Positions 1-13,597 of a stretch of 64,000 nucleotides of DNA are shown one piece after another. A model generated the notes under the pieces. That model was not told the DNA's origin and searched no databases. It was given only the letters and a program-made list of their open reading frames with translations. The stretch is from contig NC_086108.1 of assembly GCF_963921235.1 (NCBI RefSeq), positions 25,544,001 to 25,608,000 of the forward strand, given 5' to 3'. The stretch is from Mobula hypostoma (Eukaryota). Both the position numbers and the translations under genes were made by a program. The stretch's first letter is position 1. Each line of letters begins with the position of its first letter.

Positions 1-594
1 CCACTACGTTTAGAAAAGTAAGGATGGTTTGGGCAAAGCTATCACTCAACTTGCCAAAATGTGGAAAGGATACAGTATATCACAGAATGTGGAATACTCC
101 AGTGACATTTACCAATGGTGTATGATCTAACTTAATACAGAAGTCTGCACTATGAACCAAATGAAAAAGAGTAATTTGCAATCTAGTCAAATGCAAACAT
201 AAACTTAACCTCCATTTCTTTATTCTTTTGATCTGCAAATACTATTTTTTGTTTTTTCTGAGTAAAGCGTAACAATCACTTGGATGTGAATAGATTAAAA
301 TCACAATAATGCATTGTATGTGTGCTTATATTTCCTTTCCTCCAATCCCTGCAGAAGCTTATTGTCAGGCAAGGTTGGTTCAACTGCGATGCCCCCAAAC
401 TATTAGTTTCTAAAAAATAAACTGCATGGTCTTGTCCTTTGCTGTTTTTTGTAAATTCTTTCAGTTTACAACATGGCAGGAGTTCTAATAAATAGTCATA
501 GAGTTGCACAGTACAGAAACAGGACCTTTTACCCCACCATGTCCATAAAACATACATATCTACACTAATCCCATTTACCCACATAGGTCCATAG

Positions 595-837
595 TGTTGT
601 GTATTTAATATTTCAGTATTATTTGAATAGTTTTGTAAGTATGTTGTTGATTAGGCATTCTTTGTTTGTTTAAACAATTCATCATGGGTTATATGTAAAA
701 ATAAATGAATTGCATAGGTGATGACACCACCACATGATACATGCATTCCTTGCTTAAAGTAAAGGCACAAAGTTAAGCTCACATTTCAGACTCCTTTGCT
801 TTTCTTTGAATTAATTTTATGCTTTGAACTTACAAAA
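595..837 (+). repeat. 5' LTR of the Gypsy element (3' end and PBS appear deleted)
   Basis: Direct repeat of 3926-4174, roughly 80-85% identical by eye; starts TGTTGTG. Confidence 0.88.
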
Positions 838-1133
838 GTGAGATGTATGCGTTTAAAGGAGCAGCTTAGCGCATATTCTTCAGAAGGGAAACATGATCGA
901 GTTTTTAAAAAGGCTGAAAACAGAAGAATTCATGGATTCATAAGCAGTGAGTATCAAATGACAATAATAATTAAAAAAGAACAGAAATGGCTGGCTACAG
1001 TGGAAAGATTGATATGTTTCATTACACAACAGATAATGGGATATTGTATACGGAACAAATTAAGCTGTACTTTAAAGCAAATGGAATAACCAATGAGGAA
1101 CAAGTACCAGTTTTGCTGAGTGCATTGGAGTGA

Positions 1134-1518
1134 ACCACCAGTTTCAGGAACAGTTATTACTACTCAACTACCAGGCTTTTGAACCAAAGGGGATAACTTT
1201 ACTTGCCCCATCACTGAAATGATCTCATAACCCATGGACTCACTTTCAAGGATGCTTCATCTTATGTTCTTGATATTTATTGTTTATTTATTTATCATTA
1301 TTATTTCTTTCCTTCTTTTTCCATTTGCAATTTGTTGTCTTTTGCACACTGGCTGAATACTCAAGTTGATATAGACTTTCATTGAATCTAATATGGTTGT
1401 CATTTTAATATAGATTTATTGAGTATGCCCACAATAAAATGAATCTCAGAGTTGCATATGGTGACATATGTTTACTTTGATAATATTTATAAATTATTTT
1501 GAATTTTGAAATTTGAAC
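1134..1518 (+). mobile_element. Rex1/Babar-type LINE 3' fragment nested in the Gypsy gag
   Basis: TTSFRNSYYYSTTRLLN-like ORF end, AT-rich 3' UTR and (TTTGAA)n tail; gag reading (VLLSAL...SLLRS) resumes on both sides. Confidence 0.7.
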
Positions 1519-3925
1519 TACAAAGGCACACAGTTTGCTTAGGAGTATGACTACTCCAACCAAACCAGCAGAAATGAGTTTTGCTGATATCATCAAAGTA
1601 ATGTAGGAGTGTTTAGAACCAAAACTATTGTTGAATGCAGGATGTTTTAGGTTTCAGTTTCATATGTGGAATCAAAAGAAGGGGGAGTCCATTTCAGCAT
1701 ACGTGGCTGAATTGAAGAGATTGTCTGAGAATTGTCAATTGGGTAATGGGTTTAAAGATGCACTAAAAGAACATTTGGTTTGTAGAATCATACAAGAAAG
1801 CATTCAAAAATGGCTCCTAACTGAAGCACAATTTAAATTTAAAAGAGCAGTTGAAATTGCGGTATCAATAGAAACAGCAGACAGAGATGCAATTGAGTTG
1901 CAGACAGGAATGTAACTGAGCGTGAACAAAATTACATCTCCTAAACAGAAACCGGCCTGGCCAAATAAATTGTATTATCATTGTGGCTGAGGCTCACATA
2001 CACCGATGCCATTTAAAAAATAAAACTTGCAGAAAGTGCAGCAAATTAGGACACATATAAAGAGCATGTCAGACAGATAAAAACAAATGAACTACACAGA
2101 GAAGAGAAAAAAGATAAAAAGTCAATTTGCAGTTTCAAAAAGAGCACTAATCTGCTTGCTGTTGCTGGAAAATCTGACACTGAGGAGAATGACACAGGAC
2201 TGAGTAGCCTTAAGATTCACTATGTGAAAATTAACAATGAACAACCAATGTGAGTTATGCCAGAAAGGCAAATTAATTAAAATGAAATTGGACACTGGCT
2301 CAGCTGTTACATGAAAATGCCACATCCAAGTTTTGCAAAGCTTGGTTCCTTATACCATCCAGTGAGTAGTCAGTGAGCTAGGTTGCATGGAAGATGAAGG
2401 AATTCTTTCCAAGGCTGAGTGGAGCCCATGGACAATGCCTGTGGTGCCAGTAGCCAAGAAGAAAGGGTCTGTCAGGATCTGTGGTGATTTTAAGGTCACC
2501 ATCAAGGCAGTACTGAAAGCAGATCAATACTCACTGCCCAGGATAAAGGATATCTTTGCAAACCACTCTGGAAGAAAACATTTCAGCAAAGTGGACTTAA
2601 CTGAGACCTACCTACAGACTGAGATGGAAGAAGTGCCCAACATGTTTCTCAACATAAACAATCACTAAGGGCTTTATCGCAATTATTTTTTGGAGTAACA
2701 GCTATACCTCCACTCTGGCAGAAAGCTATGGACCAGGAGCTACATTCTGGTCATCTAAGCATAGTTAAAATGAAAGTGTTGGTTCGAACCTTTGTATGGT
2801 GGCCAGAGATAGGTCAGCAGGTCAAACAGCTTGCTAATGTACTGTTCAGGATGCCAACATGTTCAGAAGATGCCAGAAGCAGAGCTTCTCCAATCCTGGG
2901 AATGGCCCTCATTGCCCTGGCAGAGGATTTTGCCAGAACATTCATGGGCACAAACTTCTTGGTAGTAGTGAATACAGCTACAAAATGGGCAGAGTGTTCC
3001 CAATAGCCTCCACCACAGCATTGCATACTATTCATGTTTTGAGAAGAATATTCTCAATCTTCAAGAACACTTAGGCAGTGACAATGGACCACAGTTTGTT
3101 GCGGAACAGTTTCACTCATTCCTAAAAATGAATGAAATAAAACATTATATCTGCACTGTACCAACTACAAAAATGGCTTTTTGGAAAGTTTTTCCCTCTC
3201 TAAAGAACACACTGTAAGCAGTGTCAGCATAACACAGTACACTGACACTGAATCAGAAGCTCACCAATTTCTTCCTTCCATATTGCAATGCAGCACACTC
3301 CACAACCAACAACCAACCAGCTATGTTGTTCCTGCGTCATCCCTTGCCTTCATGCTTGCATCTCCTTAAACCCAAGCTCAGAAGGAGTATGCAGGACAAT
3401 TGCTGAGCCAAATTGAAGGGTCCTGAATCAAGGACGTTCGATATGTCACTCTTGGACAAGCAGTCTTGGTGAGGGGCTACAGAGGTGATCAAAAGTGGGT
3501 ACTTGAAAAGATTAAGGACAGAAGTGGACCACTCTCCTACACGGTGGAGATTGCATCTGATATCACTTCAACCAGTTGTGGAGAGCAGAGTGAATTGTTA
3601 GAGAAGAAATGAGGCTACTGCTGTCAATACCACTTCCTGCAGTCTCAGAGTCAACTTCTACAATTATAATGGAGGAGGCCCCCGAACCCACGATTGTTTC
3701 ATAGCCACAAGTCTCATCTGCCAAGCAGATCCCCCTTGTCAGGAAAGATGTTATCCCACAAGAGTAGGAAAGCCTCCACAGTGATTAAATCTATAAGCCT
3801 GAATGGGACAATTTAAATTTCATTATGCTGTGAATGTCTATATAGCAGTTGTAACATATTGTGTACACTGTATGTAGTTCAGATGCATTCTCTATTGAGT
3901 TGGTTTGTAACTAAGCAGGAAGGAG

Positions 3926-4174
3926 GGTTGTGTATTTAATATTTCAGTAATATTTGACTAATCTTGTAAATACATTTTTCATTAAGCATTATTTGTTTGT
4001 TTAAATAATTCATTATCAGTTATATGTAAAAATAAGTGAATTGCATATATCATGATGCTACCACATGATACGTAAGCACCTCGCTTAAAGTAAAACACAA
4101 ACTTAGACTCACATTTCAGACTCCTTTGTTTTTGTTTCAATTAATCTTATGTTTTGGAGTTACAAAGCATAACA
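3926..4174 (+). repeat. 3' LTR of the Gypsy element
   Basis: Follows polypurine run AAGCAGGAAGGAGG; ends ...CATAACA followed by TSD CATAG. Confidence 0.9.
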
Positions 4175-6080
4175 CATAGCCTTCTATGTCCTGGAACTTG
4201 AATCATTTCCGTATTGAGTTTTCCATCTCTGGTCTCTTAGCTACGACTGACTTTGTTTGGTGCCTACACTTTTAGTTTCAAGGCATGTTTGCACTTTTCC
4301 ACATCTCTCTACTTTATCTTCCTTCCTGCAATCAACCTTCCAGATCAAGTTTTCATTCCATCCTTTTGAATCCTGCATCACTGGCTTGCTGAGAATATTT
4401 TGCCTTATTGTGCTTTCATGAAGTGTCTTGGCATCTGTGATAGAAAGTGCTTTGTACAGGCTGTTATACAGTGCAACAGGAAGAACATTTGAATGAGCCA
4501 GACAAGCTGCTACATTCAATCATTTCTCTGGGTTAGAAACTGCTTTGTTGTGGCCAAAAGTGGCTGCTGGCACTCATGGGGAGAGAAAAAAATAGTCTCC
4601 TAGAGGGTCAGCAATTAGTCTCAAAATAGCTTCCAAACAAAGGTGTTAATGAGTTTGTGAGTTAGTGTAAAAATGGTAATATTTTATTAAGTGATACACA
4701 TCTGAATTTTCAGGGCTGTACATTTAAAGGATAGGGCTTCCAATCTTTTACAACATATCTGGGATCTTACAACTGTTAAACCTAATTTTATCTTAAACAC
4801 TGTCTATTGCTGTCAGGGGTAGTACCTGAAAAATATTTTCTCTTAAGGAATAGATCCAACTTAAGGAAATTGCTTCAGTGAGCTCCTCTTGTGAAGTTCA
4901 GTAATAATTGTCAATGGGCTGAATCTTGAATCCTCTCCAAAAAAAAAGAGTAGATTAGGACAGAAGAAAACTGCTGACATAATGTCTAAACCCCACCCAC
5001 TTTCAACTCTAACGGAAGGAAATCAGGATATCGGCATTCAGTCAGCTTACAAGAAGAAAGGTATTAATTTATGTGTGATAAAGCTGCCTCTTTCACATTA
5101 ATAATCTTTATCCTGGAAATGGATTCACATTTTACTGGTATTTAACTGAAAACTCACTCACAAAGGAAGCAATATAGACTAATTCCAGCTTGTTTCATGT
5201 TATACTGGGAATCAACTGGCTACATTTGATCATAAACCCTCCTCAAGTACCTGATGTGAGTTCCAAATCAGTGCCCCAGAATGATCATGTTTTACATTTA
5301 ACATGCTGTCTGGAGCACTGGTGGTGAAATTAAAACACACGGCGTTTTTTGGCTCTGCTGAGATGATACGGTCTTCATGGCTCAGTGCTAGACCGGGAAT
5401 CAACTTGTGTACTTGTATCTTATCCTTTGGCCAAATAAATATGAACAATAGGGACAGTATTTTCATTCATGTCAAAACTAAAGCTCTTCTGAGGCTGTTG
5501 CTAGAGCCCTAGAAAATAGTCCAGTCCACCCATTCTTATATAACCGTTGAGCAAATTCTAAAACTTAAACTGTGCATGCAACTTCTTTTCCTATGTAGGA
5601 ACGTGGAAATGTTGGTGCATTTGTTACAGAAATGTGGAAATGTTGGTGCAGGTGTTGCTAAACAGTGCAAATTTATATGTTACAAGACTAACATTTACAT
5701 CAATCAGCAATGTTGAAGCTACCATTTGGTCAGTGCCAACTTTCATATGAAATGGCATAAGGCGATTTTGGATCATAGTGCATGCGTATGCCAAGTCAAA
5801 TGGTCTCCCTTTCTTCAGAATCCTTTTAAGATTCCACACTTATTTCTTCAGTCCATTCTGCTAGTACATTTAATATGCCTAGTAAGCATGTCGTTCATCC
5901 CAAACATCTGATAATAATAGTGTTTTAAAAATGATCAAGGGTTTGATAAATAAGCAAGTTTACTCTTGCTGCAAGACCTAGATGTGGAAGAAGAATATGA
6001 AATAGTGTGCAAAAATGTGAATAGGAGGATGTTTATCCAACAAGTAGTTAGAAAACGGAATGTGTTATTGCATGGTGCAG

Positions 6081-6340
6081 TTTATTTATTTTTTACTGAG
6101 ATGCAGCATGGAATACACATTTCCAGCTCTTCAATCTGCATCGTCCAGCAACCCCCAATTTAACCCTAGCCTAATCACTGGTCAGTTTGCAATGACCAAT
6201 TAACCTAAGAACCGGTACACCTTTGGACTGTGGGAGGAAACCGGAGCGGCTGGAGGAAGCCCATGCAGTCACGGGAAGGACATACAAACTCCTTACAGAC
6301 AGCGATGGGAGCTTGATCTGGGTTGCAGGTACTGTAATGC
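6081..6340 (-). mobile_element. V-SINE (HE1-like tRNA-derived SINE)
   Basis: V-domain core GTGACTGCATGGGCTTCCTCC...CCGGTTTCCTCCCACAGTCCAAAG on the minus strand, with (TAAA)n tail. Confidence 0.8.
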
Positions 6341-7008
6341 AGAACAAGGAGAGAGGAATCTCAACGGTATCCTGGGAGGGAAAGGGACGACTGGTGTGGA
6401 AATTTGCTCCCTCTGTCCTTTTGTTGGAATGGCTGACACATGCCAAATCATTCAGTTAAGGATTAGCCTTCTTTCTCTCGTTCTTCAGTTGATTTTGGGT
6501 AGTTAATGATGAAGTATTGGAGGGGAGAGCTGGTACTAACTTCACAAGCATGGGAAACCCTGTGTAACTCTCATCAATCCTGCAATCCTTCTTGCAAGGC
6601 ATGAATTTAAGTAAAACTCTCAAGCCCAATATTGCTTCAGTCCCCCCTATTGACCACATGTCTATTCATAAATCTTTGGTTACTCAGTGACAATTGCCTG
6701 ACGAAAATGCTGTTGATTGACAGTACAGTACAGTATGGCTCGGGTAATCTGGTTGAAGTATTCTTTGTGGTGGGATTATAGCAATGGAGAGAGTAATCTA
6801 TTTACAGGATGCTTCAACTTTGCTACTGTGAAAGTCATACTTTGGCCCGTATACCTGCAGACGGCAATTGCTGATTAAATGGGTAAAACTGAACAATGGA
6901 AGCCGGCAAGTTTAAGATAAAATCACCTGGCAGGACTTAACATCCATGATGAAAATGTCAAGTGCAACCATCAGTCTATGCACGATAGCTCCTGTTACAG
7001 AGGTTATT

Positions 7009-7942
7009 GAACATAGAACATAGAATAGTACAGCACAGTACAGGCCCTTCGGCCCACAATGTTGTGCCGACCCTCAAACCCTGCCTCCCATATAAGCCCC
7101 CACCTTAGATTCCTCCATATAACTGTCTAGTAGTCTCTTAAACTTCACTAGTGTATCTGCCTCCACCACTGACTCAGGCAGTGCATTCCACGCACCAACC
7201 ACTCTCTGAGTAAAAAACCTTCCTCTAATATCCCCCTTGAACTTCCCACCCCTTACCTTAAAGCCATGTCCTCTTGTATTGAGCAGTGGTGCCCTGGGGA
7301 AGAGGCGCTGGCTATCCACTCTATCTATTCCTCTTATTATCTTGTACACCTCTATCATGTCTCCTCTCATCCTCCTTCTCTCCAAAGAGTAAAGCCCTAG
7401 CTCCCTTAATCTCTGATCATAATGCATACTCTCTAAACCAGGCAGCATCCTGGTAAATCTCCTCTGTACCCTTTCCAATGCTTCCACATCCTTCATATAG
7501 TGAGATGACCAGAACTGGACACAATACTCCAAGTGTGGCCTAACCAGAGTTTTATAGAGCTGCATCATTACATCGCGACTCTTAAACTCTATCCCTTGAC
7601 TTATGAAAGCTAACACCCCATAAGCTTTCTTAACTACCCTATCCACCTGTGAGGCAACTTTCAGGGATCTGTGGACATGTACCCCAAGATCCCTCTGCTC
7701 CTCCACACTACCAAGTATCCTGCCATTTACTTTGTACTCTGCCTTGGAGTTTGTCCTTCCAAAGTGTACCACCTCACACTTCTCCGGGTTGAACTCCATC
7801 TGCCACTTCTCAGAAAACTTCTGCATCCTATCAATGTCTCTCTGCAATCTTTGACAATCCTCTACACTATCTACAACACTACCAACCTTTGTGTCGTCTG
7901 CAAACTTGCCAACCCACCCTTCTACCCCGACATCCAGGTCTT
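7009..7942 (-). mobile_element. Young 5'-truncated CR1 LINE (RT C-terminus and 3' UTR)
   Basis: Uninterrupted ORF 7074-7970 with KFADDTK, WQMEFN, RPHLEYCVQFW, FFTQRVV; (TTCTATG)n tail at 7009-7026. Confidence 0.95.
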
Positions 7943-8189
7943 TAATAATGGTGCCAGCAGACATTAACAAAGGCGATAGACTCAGAACAGGTTATGAAGC
8001 AACTCTTTTCACTTCTTTTACATCTTCTTTCTATTTCAGTTATGGCTCTTCAACTGCTGAAGCCTGTTATCTATATTCTGGTGGTGGTTTTTGGGCCAAC
8101 CGGTCAATCTGGTGCTCTGCTGTCTCTGAGAGGGTCCCACGAGGCTGTGAGCAAAGCATTACAGTATGGAGGCCAGGAAGCTAGGAGAC

Positions 8190-8775
8190 AGGGCATGAAC
8201 CATGACTGACTCCATCTCTCACTGATCTCATTGATTAGAGTGCTGAGGAAGATTTAAAATCATCGAGGTGGGTGTGGAGGCGAGTGAGCGTTCAGTGTCA
8301 TCTACCAGACTGTTACTCACTGCTACCACAGGTAGATGTCTGTGTATGTCAGTCTCTCTCTCCCTCTCACTCGCTGCTCCTGAGGGAAGGATCACTCTCT
8401 TCCTCGATGCTGTCAGAGGATAGTACAAGAGGAAGATTTAATCCATGCGGTTTGCGGATTGTAGACTCTAATTCACTTACCATGCATTTCTAGTTTTTTC
8501 TGGTTGCTTTTACTTTTGTTAATAGTTTGGGCAATTTTGAGTCGAGATGGCCTGCAGATATTGAACAATGAGCTGAACTGAATACATCCTTTGGTTTTAT
8601 GTTCTTATATTCTGTGTTTTTGTTCTTTTTTTGTTGCCATTTGCACAATTTTTTTGTGCATGGGCTGGAGTGCTGATGTGCTTTTTCTTTGAATGTGTTC
8701 CATGGTCCTTTTTTTTGTGACTGTCTGTGGGAAAGACAAATCTTTACTGCGTACATACTTTGATCATAAAAATAC
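8190..8775 (+). mobile_element. Non-autonomous non-LTR element with Rex1-like 3' tail
   Basis: 3' end ...TACTTTGATCATAAAAATACTTCGAA resembles the Rex1-type tails elsewhere in the window; no ORF. Confidence 0.45.
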
Positions 8776-9595
8776 TTCGAAATGATAAAAAGAAGAAGAA
8801 AATTTATCCCTCTATTTCATGCATTAAATGCTTAATAGGGTAATCTTTCCACATCAGCCTCTTCCAACCTTGTCAATGGAGTACAACACACATATGATGA
8901 TCATCATGTGTTAAACACGTGACAGAGGATGAACTTTTACAATTGCCTTTCCTCTAGATGGTCACTGTAGATTTGAGGACTTTAGAAGCTTGAAAAAATC
9001 AGCTCTCTCAGAGCTTGCAAGGAGCCAAACCATTAAGGTTACATGGACAAGTTAGCTTATCTGGTCTTTCCATCAAGTAAGCACTGCAAAACAACAGCAA
9101 AAATTAATTTCACTTTTCTAATCATCTCATCCATCTTTTCAGCCTGTCTTTTTAGAACAGATTTTACGTGCAAGCTGCAGTTCAGTTTGGTGCCAGTCTC
9201 ACATCTGAGCCAAAGAGTCCTACTCCATATTCTGTCCTCAGCCCCTTTCTGTGGTCTTGATTAAGTACAGGTTGACTGGAGGTGCTGAATCTTAAACTAG
9301 ATGAAAGAAAACAAGGTTCTCAGATGAATGAAATAAAAGTTATATTATTGTTTTGTGCAGAGTTGATCGCTCCAGAATTCTGTCCAATATTTTTCTGTCA
9401 ACTAACACCTTACCTGGATATCATCACAGTGTTGAGTATAAATTGATTTCCAATGAAAACCAATTGCTATACTTCAATGTCCTAAATTACCTTTAAGCTC
9501 TTTAAGACTCCTTGAAGCTAATGTATAAGCAGCTAAAGAAATGCATATTTTCTTTTATACCTCTCAAATCTGGTTTTTATAAAGTGGGCATCTAT

Positions 9596-9990
9596 GGGTG
9601 GTGTGGGTGGAGATAAGTCTCTACCAAAGGAGGTGTAAGGCGCTCCTTCCCTTTGCCAGCCTGCAGATCACCCTTGGGTAAGGTGTAGCACCTGCTTAGC
9701 CCTTCACCCCCGATCAGGCTCGTGGGAAGCCACGGAAGCAGGTAGTGAATGGAAGTATGAGTAGTTGGTACATATCACGAGTCCTGTCTAAGCGACCACT
9801 GAAACCAGGCAGACAATCTCTGAAGAGTATTGATAATGCCTAGGATCATCCATCTTGTATAGTCACTGCCCAGAAGAAGGCAATGGCAAACCACTTCTGT
9901 AGAAAAAAATTACCACGAACAATCATGGTCATGAGACCATGATCACCGATGTCATACGACAGGGCACATAATGATGATGAAGATGATGAT
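9596..9990 (+). mobile_element. RTE-related non-autonomous element or SINE
   Basis: Contains GAAGGCAATGGCAAACCACTTC, a Bov-A/RTE-like motif; ends in a (GAT)n tail. Confidence 0.65.
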
Positions 9991-10744
9991 CTGACATTAG
10001 AATTTAACAAAGGATTTGTATGTAAATACAACTGAATCATAACAGAATCACATGCTGGAGAAAGATGCAACATTGTCATATTAAACCAAGGAGAAAAATT
10101 TAAAAAAATCCATATCACTGTCAATTACTGACTCAGATTGCAGATGTTTATGCAACATACTGAGGGAAAAGAACTAATCAAAGTGTATGGCAGTCAAAGC
10201 ACAGCAAGCAAAAATGTTAGGATTAATATATTTGAATTTCATTCAAAATCAATATTTAATTATCATAGTATCTTGTGGATTTTATACCTTAATAAATGAA
10301 GTAATATGAAGAATTCAAATAGGATTACACTTTGTAAGCATTTTCCAATAATAGGTTCCAGTTTGCAAGTGTAGAATTTCAAAAAGAATACAACCCCGAT
10401 GCAAGTCTCACAGTAACACGCTGTCCCTTAAGTGTCCAACATCATAATGAAAAATGCAGAGTTGAGTATCTGTTCAGATTGCTGGAACAAATATGGTAAT
10501 GAAACAAAACTTCAAGACAAACAATTAGCATAACTATCTATGACTGGCAGAACAAAGCAGTCTTTTCTCATCTCAGAATTACGGCTTAAAGCAATAATTT
10601 TCAGAGAAGCTTTGCAAAAAACCTGATATGGAAAGTATGCAGAGAAAACACCATGAACATTTATCATTTAAAAACACAAAAAGCAGAAGGTACAGTTTTG
10701 CTTTAAGCACCTTAGTAAACTGTGATTGCTTTGGCATTAAAGTT

Positions 10745-11480
10745 ATAGAGTCATTAAGCATGGATACAGGCCTTTCAGCCCATCATATCCATTCCAGCAG
10801 TAGGCACCTATCCACATTAATCCCATCTTCTAGCACTTGCCCTGTACCCTTCTATGCTTTGGTGATTTAGATGCTTGCCTCGATGCTTCTTAAATAGTCT
10901 CCATGACTTTGCTTCATCATTCTTTCTAGAGTGTATTTTAGTTACTCACCACTTTCTGGATTAAAAAGGGCTCCCTTAGATCTCTTCTAAATTTCTTGTC
11001 ACTTACCCTAAATCTACTGTATGACCTTTGGTTTCATCTACTTCTAACATAGGGAAAATTTCCTGTAATCTACCCTATCTACACCCCATTTCTTAATTTT
11101 ATATATCTTGTTCATAATTCCTCTTAACTTTCTTCAATGCATGGAAAACAAACCTCTGTTCCTTGATACCCATGAGGACCCTCTTGTTCATAGTGCATGC
11201 CCTAACTCATTACTACTCCCAAAATGAATCACCTCACATTCATTGGTATTAAAGTAGTGAATCTGTAGAATTTGTTACCACAGTCGTCTGTGGAGGGCAA
11301 ATTGTCGGGTATATTTAAGGCAGAGGTTGATAGATTCTTGATGAGTCAGGGCATGAAGGGATACGGGGAGAATACAGGAGATTGGGGCTGAGAGGGAAAT
11401 GGATCAGTCAGGATGAAATGGCAAAGCAGACTTGATGGTCCAAATAGACTAATTCTGCTCCTCTATCTTATGGCCTAAAC
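10745..11480. mobile_element. Old CR1 fragments (minus ~10745-11230; plus ~11255-11475)
   Basis: Degenerate CR1 3' sequences, e.g. GTAGTGAATCTGTAGAATTTG...ATATTTAAGGCAGAGGTTGATAG...AATTCTGCTCCT. Confidence 0.6.
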
Positions 11481-12369
11481 TCTATATGCTATTTCTCAGC
11501 AATTTCACCAACACATTAATATCACCATGTATACTAAGACTACTTTCCACAATGTCAACAACTCCATGAATCTACAAGTTATCAAAGAGAAGAACTGAGA
11601 TTTAGCGAATGATAAGCACTTGAGAAAGTTTGGGAAACATCTCACGAGAACAGTAGACTGAAGTCAAAGCACATAAAGGAACAGAGAAATTCAACATGGT
11701 GCCCCAGATATAGACTGAAAAAATAAAAGAAGCTGCTGGAAGTTTGAAATAAAAACTGATAATACCAGAATACACATACAAGATCAGACAGTATTTATGG
11801 ATAAAGAAACACAGTTAATATTTTTGTCAGATATCTGCATCTGAAATATTACAGAAAGAACCAACAAAAAGCTACTTGATTGATGTAGCACATTGTAAAT
11901 ACTGTGTGAAATATATTCTCAAAGCCTGAGATGTTTAATAAACATACACATTTGTTCACATCATGATAAAAGAGGGTGATTTAAATTTGGTTGGTGCATT
12001 CTACTTTCTCCTGTGTTCTGCCAGATTAGTCCTGTAGTTCCACTGGGTTGTTCCTGCAGTTCCAGCAGAACTTCCCTGAAATAGCATTCTCTTCAAAATA
12101 ACTCTGAAAATTTCAAAACTAGATCTGTAAAAAGTGGAAGCTTTATCCCATTCCTCATGTGGCTGGTAACAACAAAAGATCTAAGCTGGCAGTGTCTGCT
12201 TCTCTGACCCATTATAGACATTGTGTAAACATTTGTTTTCAATTATACCCAATAAATTTGCATTAAAATGCTGAGATATGTTGACCAATGAATCTGGATT
12301 TTAGAAGTGGAGAATGACATGAATAAATTATTTTGCATATTTAGTGCATTAAACTGAATCTCTGCCCCA

Positions 12370-12775
12370 TGATGTACCATGGAGAGCATTCTAACCATCT
12401 GGTATGGTGGGGGGGTGGGGACTACTGCAAAGGATTGAAGTAAGCTGCAGAGAGTGGTAAATTTAGTCAGCTCCATCATGTGCACTAGCCACTGTATTAT
12501 CCAGGACATCTTCAAGGAGCGATGTGTTAAAAAGGCGGCGCCCATCATTAAGAACTCCCATCACCCAGGTCATGCCTTGTCCTCATTGCTACCATCAGGA
12601 AGGAGGTACAAGAACCTGAAGGCACACACTCAATGATTCAGGAACAGCTTCTTCCCCTCTGCCATCCATTTTCTGAATGGACATTGAACCCATAAACACT
12701 GTCTCACTACTTTTTATTTCTATAAATCAACAAATTTCATGACATATCCTGGTGATATCAAACCTGATTCTGACA
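12370..12775 (+). mobile_element. Rex1/Babar LINE 3' fragment
   Basis: IQDIFKERCVKKAAPIIKNSHHPGHALSSLLPSGRRYKNLKAHTQ; tail AAACCTGATTCTGA. Confidence 0.85.
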
Positions 12776-13224
12776 TGAGATAAAAATTTAGTCTGCTACA
12801 AAACAAGGTAGCTGAGTTGCAGTGACTTCTCCCAGTGGGCCCGAAGGGAGGAGGCCTCCATTGCAAACACAAGGTAACCATTTAAAATGCACCAAACACT
12901 CTTTAATTTTATAGCCTGAGGTCAGTTCTGCAGTGGCAAGTTCAGAGAGCCTATGGAGATTTCCCAGGCTGCACTTGCTATGCCACAGATATGTGTGGCT
13001 CTTCCAGTGACCCTGCAGAATCTCCAACACTGAATGACACCCACAAGCATGATGCTGTTCAGAGTACCTATTGAACTTGCAGTGGTGGGGGTGGGGGTCA
13101 TGCAATAGAGAGAGAAACAAACAATTTGAACAAAGATTATTACAATTTGCAATTTTTTTTGTCAGCTGTGCCTTCAAGATACACATTTTCATATTTAAAT
13201 CAACACAAAGCTTGGGAAGGATTA

Positions 13225-13520
13225 AGCAAGTACAAGCCTGAAAGCACACAACACCAGGCACAAGGACAGCTTTTATCCCACTACTGAATAGTCCGCTTGT
13301 ACAATAACATGGACTCTTGATCTCATAATCTGCCTTGTGATGGTCTTGTACCTTATTGTCAGCCTGCACTGCAATTTTTCTGTAACTGTACTCTGTTATT
13401 GCATTTACTTTGTACTACCTTGACGTACTGATGTGTTAAAATGATCTATATGAATAGAATGCAACACAAAGTTTTTCATTGTAACATAGTAGATGGGACA
13501 ATAATAAACCAATTACACAT
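13225..13520 (+). mobile_element. Rex1/Babar LINE 3' end ending about 80 bp from the ASTN1 exon donor
   Basis: YTSLKAHNTRHKDSFYP-like end, 3' UTR, ACAATAATAAACCAATTAC tail. Confidence 0.7.
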
Positions 13521-13597
13521 TCAAGAACTATTCACTCATTTAACACCCATTACCTCATACGTCCCTATCTTCAGTAAAGTGATGTATTGGTACAGAC

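Larger units (their letters stand above)
595..4174 (+). mobile_element. Degenerate, internally deleted Ty3/Gypsy LTR retrotransposon with both LTRs and a 5-bp TSD
   Basis: LTRs at 595-~837 and ~3926-4174 (TGTT...AACA); TSD CATAG at 590-594 and 4175-4179; polypurine tract before the 3' LTR. Fragments of gag (NQKKGESISAYVAELKRL), protease (ELDTG), RT (VRICGDFKVT, FSKVDL) and integrase (LHSGHL, DNGPQF) with many stops and frameshifts. Confidence 0.92.

Noticed and set aside
12788..13369. 193-aa minus-strand ORF
   Set aside because: Partly antisense to a Rex1 tail; no domain signature.
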